Source: Mobula hypostoma
Lineage: Eukaryota
Assembly: GCF_963921235.1 (NCBI RefSeq)
Contig: NC_086106.1
Coordinates: 93,000,001-93,064,000 of the forward strand
Direction of reading: 5' to 3'
DNA length: 64,000 nucleotides
Shown piece after piece: positions 52,627-64,000 of the stretch (within the stretch, counting starts at the first letter, position 1; every line of letters starts with the position of its first letter). The notes under the pieces were generated by a model. The model searched no databases. It was given only the letters and a program-made list of their open reading frames with translations, and was not told where the DNA came from. The translations under genes were made by a program, and so were the position numbers.

Positions 52627-52676
52627 ACACACAAAATGCTGCCTGACCTGCTGAGTTCCTCCAGCATTTTGTGTGT
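52627..52676. repeat. Mini-hairpin from PLE terminal repeat
   Basis: Perfect 15-bp inverted repeat ACACACAAAATGCTG (52627-52641) / CAGCATTTTGTGTGT (52662-52676). The loop is also pLTR sequence. Confidence 0.85.
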
Positions 52677-55405
52677 ATTGACCTGTGTTAAAGCTCAGTC
52701 CTATCTAATACTAGAGTAGTCAAATACCTGCTGGAAAGCTGGATGCCATGTGGCACTAAGAAGAAACTCTAAAAATAGGAGGAATAAAATGGTGCATTGA
52801 GTTATTTTAGGGCAAAATGATTCAAGGAAAATTGAGGCTTCTTGTATTCTACTTGGAATTTACTTTTTTAAAAATAGAAACTACTCAGAAATTTTGTTCT
52901 GCTATTCATATAAACAGGTCCACCCTTCCATGCTGGCTTATTCATTTAAATTATTATTTGCATATGCATATAGTTGGTAAGCCATTTGAAATACTGTAAT
53001 GTTCTAATTGTAATGTTCCGGTCCCTTCCTTGAGATGTTGATAGTGCTGAAGAATTATTTTTTCATTTGAAGATTGAAGACAAGGATTTCAGGAGATTAA
53101 ATAGACATTAGAGAAAACTCCTCATGATTAGTTGTGTTTTGATTCTATTGCCATCACCTTCAACAAAACACATTTTTGGTGCAGAGCCCAAAGCACTGAT
53201 GCTCTCATGAAGCGTGGTTAATGGTACTGGCCAGAAATAACTTGTTACTCATATTTTTTTCTTTCTTACTGGTGAACACTGTTCATTTTAACTGCTTGAT
53301 TTCAACAGACTTTCCCAACTCTTCATCATTTTGAAAACTTCATCATTCACCCAGCTCCAGAATTTATTAGCTTGATATATAAACTGCACTTTAAAAGTGG
53401 ATTTCAGGATATATACAGAGCCTTGTACGTATGTACTTTAATGACCATGTGATTTAATTCTCTGAGACAGGTGTAAAGTTATATTTTTCTTTATCACCAG
53501 AGGCAGAGCTTTCTAATTTTAGAGAGTTGAAATACTGGGGCCACAGAGTGCATACTGAGGTAGAGTGTGCATTCTGCGAGAGAAGTCTGTCACCCAGCTT
53601 TCCCTGGGATTAAAGAAGAAAGAAAAAATATTTTACCAGTCCTTTTCTAAAGTAGCAACTGCAGGAGAGATGCAGCTGCAGCTGAATGAATAACAACCAG
53701 CCTCAGAAGGAGAATTCAACATTTCTAAAGGCTTGTAGCAACAATAGTTCTTCAAACAATGTTATATTCCCTGAGGAAACTGGAAGATGCAGAAACTAAT
53801 AACACAGTCTTTTTGGGGGATATGTGGTAGTGATAGATGGGGAAGGAGGAGTGGAAACTGTCCTCAACCAATCAAGCAATGTTATTACTTCAGTACATCA
53901 GTTAAATGAATAAATAGCATTTTGTTCTAATGATACTGCAGTATTATCACACTGTGTGACCTAATGTACCACTCCTCAGTAAAAGATTCCACTGCACAGC
54001 TTAATGTGAGGCTAATTGCTCCTGTAGTTTTTCATCCTCTGTTTCTTGTGCTGCATTTGTGCAGCCCTTAGGACCACTCAGTGACAGTTCTAAAAGCACT
54101 GAGATTACAGATTTATCAGAAAGCTCGTCCAGGACTTAGATACAGGGCTGATTGTAATTTCTAGCATTTAAGATACCGGCAACTTCTCCAAACTTTGTAA
54201 TGTCTGAGCATAATGTTGCTCATAGGCAATGGAATGTGTGAGAGACAAGCTTTAACATAGTGGCACCGTTTTTGTCTTATTGGTGCTCATTGCATTGTGA
54301 AATGGCAAAAGGATTTCAGGGGTATACATGTGCCATAATCACACTGGATGCTACATTAATGGGGATGATGGCATGCAGACAGTAAAATCTTCCTGAGGAT
54401 TAACCAGCATACAATAATGAGTCCAGCATTCCCAACTAAAGCTCTGCCTTTCCCTTCCATGTTCAGGAGCAGGTAGAACTCTCTTCAAGACTACTTAAGA
54501 GAATTATTTAATATTTGCAAGTTAGTTTCTGGTTGATTTCTTCTACCAGTTACCACAATTCCACAAAAAATTAGTGCCTGTGCAATTGTACTTTCAAACT
54601 GCAGGTGCCAGGCACAAGATTCTTTACAGACAATATACAGTAGCTTTCATAGAAAACATTTACCCCCTGACTTGAGCACATTTGGAAGGTAGCATTTCCT
54701 TTTCAATGAAGCATGGTAACAAGAATGAGTACAAAGTATTTAAAACTATTGCTGGGGGAAAGGAAACTGCCAAATTGGTGCAGCATTGCCGTGGGTATTA
54801 ACGTGGCCATGTTAATGTAGCTGCTTCCTTGTGAATTGAAGATTCTTGGAATATCTTGTAATCTGCCATCGATTGCTATTTAAGTTGTTATTGAGAAAGG
54901 GAAAATTCTTTATTTATAGAGAACTGGTAACATTTTCATCTCTCTTGTTGAAGTCCAGCAGATGGAAAGAGCTTGGGGCTTTGTTTGGTTTGCAAGAATT
55001 TCCATAATCCAGTGTTGCCTTGACTGAATGCCTTTTATTTCACAGGTGCCACATTACTTGTGTGCAGCTATTTCACATCTTGCTGTACAACATCCGTGTC
55101 ATCAGGGCTTGAATTTTAGCATGGAGCATCATAACTTGTTGCTCCCAGTGCCATCTAGGTATGGCTGGTTGCTTCTGTATACAGAACATCAATTCTACAT
55201 TCCATCCTTCACCTTTCAGTATAATACATGGTGGGACCCTCAACCTTCCAAGTCAGAATCTCTTTTAGAATGACTTTGAATTCTTGGTCCAGCAACTGGT
55301 GGAGGCAGCCTTTAACTAATGCTAGCCACTTAGGATCTTGGCCACTTACTGGTGTGTCCAGCTGATGAAAAGCATAAGTAAATGTGGGCAAACAATCATT
55401 ATAAT

Positions 55406-55976
55406 TATATGTAGTAGTTCCTTTAGAGCAAAGGGAGGTAGTGGTGATAAGCTCCCATTACCTATTAAATGCCCCCAATGGTGTACATCTCAAATTGCTT
55501 CTGACAACCAAGACAAGCTCCTGGTCTTCACATGTGGCTTAGCAACTAATGCTGGTAGAACTGTTTCTACTGACAGGAGAAGGGGAAAAGGTGGTTTAGG
55601 CACCTTAAAACCAATCTCTTTTGGCAGATGGGATTCGTCAGCTATGGCTGGCAGTTCATCTAGAAGGAAAACTGATCTCCAACCTCCATTGCCTTGCAAC
55701 TATATCCACTCCTGGGGCAGGCTTTGAGAGAAAACCCCAAAGTAAAATCTGGAGCTGGGGTCCCAATGTTGAGTTCAAAGCTGACTGGCAGCACCTGCAG
55801 AGCAGCTGGAGCCAGCTGTAGTGGTCTCTGCCATTCCTTTGGATTCATCGGCAGCATGGAGAGGGGGTGCCTGCTGTATGTGCAACAGCTTGTTCACAAT
55901 TTTGTACTACCCTGGCTTCTGTATCAGCTAGGGCACAAAATTCATGGTCATCGCCAACCAACGGAGTGCCTCAGAC
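55406..55976 (+). mobile_element. Non-autonomous, probably RTE-derived bipartite retroelement
   Basis: 11-bp TSD ATCATTATAAT (55395-55405 / 55977-55987). Internal AGAAGGAAAACT recalls RTE 5' UTRs. The 3' ~170 nt is homologous to the tail of the SINE at 44508-44814. Confidence 0.75.
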
Positions 55977-56454
55977 ATCATTATAATGAACAGATGGTAG
56001 ATGCCAACTAGTGATATTGAAATCATTAGAGATGGGTGAATTGGATCTGTTGACCACTGTATTTGTTTTCAGGCACTGTCCAACTTATATTTAATGAGAT
56101 TTATTGTAAAGTAGAGCACAATAGTAACTTCAGTTTCTCACTTTGTAGACTAAAGATGAGATACTCAATGCATAGGTCTGGCGATAGAGAGCAAAATGGA
56201 GGGAACAAATATCTGTATTCTAAAACAATAAGACTGTGTTAAAATTCTATCAAGGGCTACCCTGTGGCTTATTTAGAAAGATTATGTAATACAGCATATC
56301 AGCAATCCCTTGTTCTGTCCTTGCACTCTGCTGAACCGACTGATTACAGCATGATTAAATTTTAGGGGATATTGTGAGGGCCTGAATATAACCCAACCAC
56401 AACAGTCTTACCTGTCTATGGAGTGATGTGTCATTGCAGCATTAGAGGAGCTGG

Positions 56455-56870
56455 GTCAATCACACCTTGGTAGAAGTCAAATCAGTCCCATTCTGTTCTC
56501 TATCCCTGTATCCCCTCAGGTTTACTTTCCTCGAGTCAAGTTCACGTTCAAATTCACATTTAACCATATATGAATACCCATGAATACAGACAAATGTAAG
56601 TTTTCCTCCAGGGCCAAGGTGCAAAACACAGTAGTAACAGTCATACACAGCACAAAGTACATATCGCACATATAAGATAGCAAGTATACATTCACAGGAA
56701 AAGTATATATTTTTTTCTCTTTCTACCAAATTTCTTTTTGAAGTCATTGATTATTCTCTTCACCTTTGCAGGCAGCAAGTTCTAGGCAATTACCACACTG
56801 TGTAAAAATACTTCTCCTTCCATCCCACCTGCAACGCTTATCTAAACTTTTAAACCACTGTCCCTTAATC
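56455..56870 (-). mobile_element. Old CR1 3' remnant interrupted by a non-autonomous element (56540-56715)
   Basis: CR1-tail-like text at 56455-56530 and 56720-56870 (ggcagcaagttctaggcaattaccacactgtgtaaaaa). The insert matches 48000-48150. Confidence 0.55.
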
Positions 56871-56929
56871 TTTGTACCATCGACAGATGCTTGTCTTACA
56901 ATGTGATTCTTGCAACAAGCATCTATTAT

Positions 56930-57400
56930 GAATGTTGGAAATCAGAAATAAGAACTGAAATTGCCAGAACCACTCAATAGGTCTGGCAATATCTGTGGGG
57001 AAAAAAATAAGAGTTAAAGTTTTAGATCAATGATAATAATAAAGGGTCATTGATATGAAATATTAAATTGGTTTCACTGTAGATAATGTTCTCTGACCTG
57101 CTGAGTAATTTCTCCATTTTTGGTATCAGAGATATCATTATTTTGAACAGATTCAGCCCTCACTATCTACTCATCATGCAGATGATAACAAGACAAGTAT
57201 TTGAATACATTAATCAATTTTTGAAATTCTCACAAATGGAAAAATGGAGAAGCTAGAAATCTGAAATGAAACCAAAAAATGTGAGAAATATATGTTAAAG
57301 CAGGCAGTGTGTATGGAGAGAGCAATTTTGTGAATGCTTCAAAGATATGTCATTCAATTTGATAAAAGATCAGTGACCTGAAACACTAATTCAGGGTGGT
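56930..57400. repeat. Old PLE-terminus hairpins
   Basis: 56930-57030 and inverted 57040-57125 (tgacctgctgagtaatttctccattttt); a further copy at ~57245-57390. Confidence 0.55.
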
Positions 57401-57796
57401 CAATACTGTGCTAAAACACATATCGGCAGCAACAGTGATGTTCGAGGAAACTCAGTATTGTAAAAACCTCTAGGTAGATCATGGGGACAGCAAATAGCTG
57501 TTAAAAAGCTTTTTGTACTCTTTGAGAAAAGAGCCTTGTACATGAAGCAAGCTTCCCAATTTTGACATTTGTTTTGTCCAAACTTATCTGATCTCAGTCA
57601 TGGAGTTTTAAGTGCCTCTGGAAAAGAAAACAATCTGGTGGGTTTTCCTCTACTAATCAAGATTAATGATTTCACTTGTGAATCATACACTGTTTGGTCA
57701 AGACAAAAATCAGGAACAACAAAAACATGAAGGTTGAAGTTGCTGACCCATATTCAGCCTAACCAGTGCATTTGAAAACTGAAATCCTAATTTTTT

Positions 57797-58012
57797 AAAA
57801 AAATGTAAACACGAGGAATTCTGCAGATGCTGGAAATTCAAACAACACACATCAAAGTTGCTGGTGAACTCAGCAGGCCAGGCAGCATCTCTAGGAAGAG
57901 GTACAGTGACGTTTCGGGCCGAGACCCTTCGTCTCGGCCTGAAACGTCGACTGTACCTCTTCCTAGAGATGCTGCCTGGCCTGTTGCGTTCACCAGCAAC
58001 TTTGATCTGTGT
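57797..58012. mobile_element. Young palindromic PLE-terminus insertion with TSD
   Basis: Arms 57844-57925 and 57931-58013 are near-perfect inverted copies around a 5-nt loop CCTTC. 12-bp TSD TCCTAATTTTTT (57785-57796 / 58013-58024). Confidence 0.9.
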
Positions 58013-58726
58013 TCCTAATTTTTTTATTTTTTCAAATTTTTTTTTTAGAAATTATCAGAGGATTTTGTCCAAAACCCAGTGATTAAACAAGACAAGGTCC
58101 ATAAAGCATAGCACACTTCTCTAATTTCACTCCATGACTCTTATGTACATGACATATATGTACTTTAATAATAAAATTTACTTTCACCTTTAATTCAGAT
58201 ACACATACAGGGTGCTGGGAACAATAGTGATGTCAAGAAATATCCAAATACATTTTGACATCTTCTATAGGTGAGTATGAGCACCCTACCTATGACAAGG
58301 CCACTTATACCGATGCAGAAGTTAAATGAAGAATTGGATATGTATGGTATTCATTAAAAAGGATTGATCTTATCTGGTCTACTACCATTAAATATGAGGT
58401 GAGTTTTGACTTGCAGATAGTTCCAGGATACATATCCCATAACCTGGCTGCTGATGCCATCCTTGATATAATTCTTGCTATTTCATTCCACAACGCTGCG
58501 CCATCCTCAGGTACTGATCTGCCCACTAATGACCATGTTTACAAATGTTTCTGGGTCCATTGACTTCCCCACCCACTTCTCTGTACTTATGCAATGCACT
58601 GCCTAACTGACAAAACCAGCATTGATGGAGATAGCAGTGATAACATCCTTGTGTGAGGTACCTCGTGTAAGCCCTTTTGCATATCAGAATTTCAGCTTCG
58701 GACAAAGCTACTATGGACCCTCCGTG

Positions 58727-60460
58727 AATCAGAATCAGAATTGTTTCATTATCACTGTCTTATATGACGTGAAATTTGTTGTTTCAAAGTAAATTTATTA
58801 TCAAAATATGTATGTTGCCATATACTACCTTGAGATTCATTAGTCTTGCAGGTAATTACAGGAAAAATGAAGAAATATAATAGAAGCTTCAAAAAAAAGA
58901 TACACAAACAAACATTGACAAGCCATCAATGTGCAAAAAGAAGACAAGCTGGGCAAATTTTAAAAAATAATCAAGACAAGAGTTGTAAAGAGTTCTTGAA
59001 AGTGAGCCCATAGATCATAGAATCAGAGTTGTGGTGAGTGAAGTTATCTACACTAGTCCAGGAGCCTGATGGTTGCAGGGTAATAACTATTCCAGAGCCT
59101 GGTGATGTGAGTTCTAAAATTTCTATACCTCCTGCCCAATGATAATAGTGAGTAGAGAGCATGGACTGTATTAACTGGGGTCCACCAGTGAGGAAATTAT
59201 GGATCCTCTTGCACAGGAAGGAATTGCAGTCCAGATATAGTAGGCTAGTGATGAGTTTTGAGGGGATTTATTCAATGAAGAGTATCCTGACACATGTGTC
59301 TTCATTGTCCAGGTGTCCCAGAGCTCGAAGTGGAGCCAATATAATGGGATTTACTGTTGACCTTGTGACAGTTCAAAACTTGGAGTTAATCCAGGTCATT
59401 CTCAGGCATAGTTGATATGCTTCATGAACAAAGTACTTCAAAATACTTCATCACTGTGGATGTAAGTGCTACTGGATGATGGTTATTGAGGCAGGTTGCC
59501 ATTTTCTTCTTGGTCACTGGTTATGATTGAAGCCTGCTTGAAGCAGGTGGATTCCTCAGACTGCCAAAGCAAGGGGTTGAAGGTGTCTGTAAACATTCCA
59601 GCCAGCTAATTAGCACAGGCACTTGGCCAGACACTTTCAATGATTCACGCTCTTCCAAGACTGAGATCACAGGGTCATCAGGGGGTGTGGCAGTTCAGGA
59701 AGGTGCCTCCAAGTTCTGTTGTCAAAGCGAGCATAAAAAGCATTGAGCTTATCTGAAAGTGATTTATGTTGCTTGGTTTTGCTTTGTAGGAGGTGATAGC
59801 ATTCAAGGCCTGCCACAGTTGTCAAACATCCCTCTGTGATTGATGTTTAGTCCGAAATTGTCACTTTGCACATGAAACGGCCTTCCAGAGGTCAGACCTG
59901 AACCTTTTGTACTTTCCTGAATCACCAGTCCTGATCGCCAGCAATTTAACCTTCAGCAGATTTAGAATATTTTGGTTCATCCAGGACTTCTGGCTGGAGA
60001 AGACTCTGAATGATTTTGTAAGGATACACTCAACCACGGGTGACTTTGTAAAGTCTGTGACAACCATGCCAATTCCATTCAGATGAGTCTGAATGGTCCT
60101 TCAAGAGTCTTTGAACACAGCCCAGTCTACGTCCCGTTGCTACTCCTCTTTACCTCTGGAGCTTTGCTCTGTCTCTGCCTATATGCAGGTAGGAGGAGGA
60201 CAGGCAAATAGTCAGAAAATGCAGTCAAAGGGCTGGAATGGAAAGGTAGGCATTTTTTATGGTAGTGTGGCAGTGGAGGGTGTGTTAGATCCTCTGCTGC
60301 TGCAGGTGATGTATTGATGACAGTTAGACAGAAATTTCTTCTAGATAGCCTGATTGTATTCCCCAGCAAGGACGTGTAAGGTATCAAGGTAGGCTGTTTC
60401 TAGCTTATTAATCATCGCACTCAATCGATCAAACGCTAATGTGACACTTACCTTTGATGG
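58727..60460 (-). mobile_element. Rex1-type LINE(s), degraded, with internal deletions
   Basis: Two stacked 3' tails (GAATCAGAATCAGAAT at 58727; aaagtaaatttatta at ~58786). KSFRVFSSQKSWMNQ (59861-60067); SDYLPVLLLPAYRQR (60127-60387). Confidence 0.8.
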
Positions 60461-60479
60461 TGTAAACTGTAATCAGCCG

Positions 60480-61700
60480 AGCACTCTGTCACTCTGCAGC
60501 AGCAGTACAGTGCAAAAACACAAAATTACTATAAATCACAAATAAACAAATAAAGGAACTATAAAGTAGTGTTCAAAGATCACTCAGAAATCTCATGGCA
60601 GAAGGGAGGAAACTGCTTCTGAATCATTGCGTGTGGGTCATCAAGTTGCTGTAGTATCTCCCTGGTGACAGTAACAAGAAAAGGGCACATCTCAGATAGT
60701 AAGGATCCTTAGCGATGGATGTCATCTTCTTGGAACATCATCTCTTGCTGTTGTCCTCGCTGTAGGGGAAGCTGTGTTTGCAATAGAGCTGGCTGATTCT
60801 ATAAATGTCCACATCCTCTTTTGCTCCTGTGAATTTGAGTCTCTATACCAGGCTGTGACACAGCCAGTCTGGATGTTGTCCACTGAGCATCTATAGAAAC
60901 TTGTTAGAGACTTTGGTTTCATAATTTTGACAAAGTAGAGCCATTGGTGTGCCTTCTTCATGATTGCATCAATGTGATAGGCCTAGGATAGCTTCCCAAA
61001 GGTGTTGACACCTGGGAATTTGAAGTTGTGCACCCTTTCCACTGCTGACCCCTCAATGAGGGCAGCTGGGTGTTCTCCCAAATTCCCCTTCCTGAAGTCC
61101 ACAATGAATTCCTTGGTCTTGTTGGCATTGAGTGCAGGGCTATTTTTGCAACACCACTCCACAGCCAGATCTATCTCATTCATCTGCACTTCCTCATTGC
61201 CATCTGCAATTTTACTAGCAGCAGTGCTATTGATGGCATTTGAAATGTGCATAGCCAGGCAGTCATGAATGTAAAGAGAGTAATGCAGTGTGTGAGCTAA
61301 TCGTGCATCATTGAGGTTTACCTGTGTGGATTGTCATGGGAAGGAGATGTTCTCCTGGAGAGAAAGTCAAGCATCCAATGCAGAAGGAGGTACAGATGCC
61401 CAAATTTAGAAGGTTGATGATTAACACTGAGGAAATGATGATATTGAGAACTGAGTTGCAATCATCAAAAAGCAGCCTGATGTGTTTTGCTGTGGTCAAA
61501 GGTGCTTCAAAGTAGAGTGGAGAACCAGTGAGATTGTGTCTGCAATAGATCTGTTGCAGCAGTAGGTGAATTGCAGAAGGCCGAAGGAGTGAATTCTTGC
61601 CATCTCTAATGTCTCAAAACATTTCATTGTGGTAGGTGTGAGTGCTGGTGGTCAATAATCGTTGAGGCAACTCGCCCTGTTCTTCTTATGCAGCATTATT
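60480..61700 (-). mobile_element. Rex1-type LINE fragment
   Basis: HIRLLFDDCNSVLNII; EWCCKNSPALNANKTKEFIVDFRK..FKFPGV; KKAHQWLYF..FYRCSVDNIQTGCVTAWY. Confidence 0.85.
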
Positions 61701-61949
61701 TTAATTTGGAATGGAAGAATTTCTAGTACAAGAAGTGAATACAGCATTTCCTTTGAATTTTGTGATAAAACCAGATTATGATTAATACCTATATTCATGC
61801 AACTAGACAAAAAATGCTAGCTTTAGCTCAGGGAAACATTGGAAGATCAGACTTACACTTAACTAGGAATATGAAAAGTCTCTTAAGGCTTGAGTGTTTT
61901 TTTTTCAAAGAATAAAGCTGTGCCATATTGAAGGTAAGTGACATAATTA

Positions 61950-63731
61950 CAGTGGACAGCAAATTATTTTGAAAGTGCTGCTTCCTCAGAATTTTTTTTT
62001 GTGATTATGATAGACCGCTTGAAGCTGAACACAAATATAATTTCAAACTACATGTATAACATAGGAATGTGACAAAACAAAAAATTAACTTTTATTGTAT
62101 ATTATATGTTTAATTGCATAATGGTACTGATGCCTTGCAATAGTTCAACTGAGCTAAAAATGTTTTGTTGATGATTTTCATTTGTACTCAGAGTTTGAGG
62201 CTTCTCATTTAAGTGTCCAACAATAATCACCCAGCATAGATAGATACCAGTTGCCTTGATATCATTTCTACATGACCGCAATTTTCTGATTAAACCCTTC
62301 ACAATCTCATCAGTGGCAGCACCAAGGTTTGCAAGGAAGGAAGAAATCAAAATGGGAATGCAGAAAATGAACCTTTAGTGAGATCTTGCACTTCATGGCA
62401 TTATATGCTTGAAGCATGTTGTCAACCAGCTGCATATAGTTTGGTGCTCTGTAGTTGCCAAGAAAAGTTTCAACAACTTCCTTGAATGCCTTTCATGCGA
62501 TTTTCTCCAATTCCATTAGAAGTTCTTCGAATTGCCTGTTATTGGTGACCTGTTTGATTTGTAAGCCAACAAAAATGCTTTCCTGAATCTTGGCTTAAGT
62601 TATTCTTGGAAACATCTGTCTCAAATATCACAATCTTTCATGGAAATCGGTGCAGTCTTGAACTCGGTAATTCTGCTTTTGCCTTTGACAAACCCAAGTC
62701 CCTGACAAGGTCAATTAACTCAGATTGAGTTATCAGATGAGGCTCACTTGACATAAAGGGTTCAAAATCTGTATCAGTATCAGTGTCATTTTCCATTCCT
62801 GACTCATGTATCATGGCATCTTCATCTGCCTCCTCTAGTCTCCATATCTCTAGTGGTTTTGATACAGGAAGACTATTGCCATACGGCACAGGTCTCATGG
62901 CTGAGGAGAGATTGGGGTATTCAATAGATTACTTGTTTTTAAGCAGAGAAACCAGTCATACTGTCGCAGCAATCTGTCGCATAAACTCTGCTCTTGCAGT
63001 TTCATCAGGATAGAGAATGGAATTGACTTCTGAGTATCTCTGAGCCAAACTTTAAGATCGACAGTGCATGTTGTGCAACAAATATGAGGAGCCCAGGCTT
63101 TGTCTTGGTTGCCAATTTTACATCCTTTCACAGGCTTTCTTAATGAGTGGAGTCATGCTCCATCTTTGAGATTTAAGCATCTACACCACAAATACAACAG
63201 AAAATATTGTGGCTTAACAAGTAAATCTGGCAACTCACTCCAAATACTGAAAGTAACTTGCCCCTCAGGTTGCTATTAACTACTCCTAGCAGCTGTTGCA
63301 ACATTGCGAGATATTTTGCTAACACAAATCTCCTGAAAATGCAATTACTTTATTATGATGAATACATACAATATGCTATGCGCTTAGAGCATGCACATAA
63401 ACGTGATCGCAAACCGATATACATATAAACACAATGTATAAAATGGTGTGCGTGTGATGCTTTTATAGCCTTTCTAAACCTGTCCTGCTATGAAGCTTCT
63501 GTCCTGCCTAAGCATGCCCAGGCATGCCTGCACAAGATAGAAAACTTTTCAGCTTACATTGTAGACAACATTATAATTGACTTAAATTATGAATTGAAAT
63601 AACAAATATAGGTGATTGTTTTTTTAAAGTGCGTGATAGAGTAATTTCACAGTGATTTTCATGATCAACAGCCCAAAATCTATAAGATACACCCAAAAGC
63701 ATTCAGGAAGCAAAATCTTTGCTGTCCAGTG
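61950..63731 (-). mobile_element. Chapaev3-type (CMC superfamily) DNA transposon, both ends present, internally deleted
   Basis: TIRs CAGTGGACAGCAAA (61950-61963) and TTTGCTGTCCAGTG (63718-63731), one mismatch. TTA on both flanks (61947-49, 63732-34). Transposase remnants lie between them. Confidence 0.9.
62200..63240 (-). pseudogene. Chapaev3-type transposase remnant
   Basis: GCKIGNQDKAWAPHICCTTC; PHLITQSELIDLVRDLGLSKAKAELPSSRL; deletion near 62645; AKIQESIFVGLQIK..AFKEVVETFLGNYRAPNY..SLKVHFLHSHFDFFLANLGAATDE; YQG....MLGDYCWTL. Confidence 0.88.
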
Positions 63732-63739
63732 TTATTGTA

Positions 63740-64000
63740 CATAGAACAATGAGGGGTATAGATAGAGTGAATACACTTAGTCTTTTTCTCAGGGTTGGAG
63801 GATCAAGAACTAGAATGCAAAGGTTTAAGGTGAGAGGGAAAAAGTTAATAGGGACCTAAGGGCCAACTTGCATATAGTATATGGAATGAGTTACCAGATT
63901 TAGTTGTTAAGGGGGGTACAATAATAATTTCTCAAAGATATTAGGACAGATACATGAGTAGGTAAGGTTTAGAGGGATCTGGGTCAAATGGGACGAGCTT
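63740..64000 (+). mobile_element. CR1 3' fragment running off the window
   Basis: MRGIDRVNTLSLFLRVGGSRTRMQRFKVRGKK, then WNELP and the start of a CR1 3' UTR. Confidence 0.8.

Noticed and set aside
61950-61963. V(D)J recombination signal (CAGTG/CACTG ends)
   Set aside because: These are transposon TIRs; no spaced nonamer or antigen-receptor segments nearby.

Overview
Eukaryotic, AT-rich, transposon-dense non-coding DNA. The repeat repertoire suggests a cartilaginous fish, probably a ray (inference). It includes CR1 LINEs with SGNH-type ORF1, Rex1/Babar-type LINEs, Penelope-like elements and V-SINEs. I recognise no host protein-coding gene, and nearly all long ORFs are retroelement or transposase debris. 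Best-supported elements: (1) a young Penelope-like element (RT + GIY-YIG, ~16671-18395, minus) whose terminal repeat holds an apparently intact minimal type I hammerhead ribozyme; (2) a series of hairpins built from that terminal repeat, one flanked by a 12-bp TSD (57797-58012); (3) a HERO/NeSL-like non-LTR element with a restriction-like endonuclease and a strongly base-paired 3' UTR (~40608-42560); (4) an internally deleted Chapaev3-type DNA transposon with both TIRs and TTA TSDs (61950-63731); (5) a tRNA-headed SINE and a non-tRNA element that share one 3' tail, both with TSDs; (6) several nested LINE insertions. A repeat-poor stretch (~29-40.5 kb) and a small CpG-retaining patch near 43.7 kb may hold host regulatory or exonic sequence, but this is unproven. 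I found no clearly novel system. The ribozyme/hairpin family and the shared-tail elements are the most promising leads. Boundaries of degraded repeats are approximate, and family names come from recalled motifs, not database searches.
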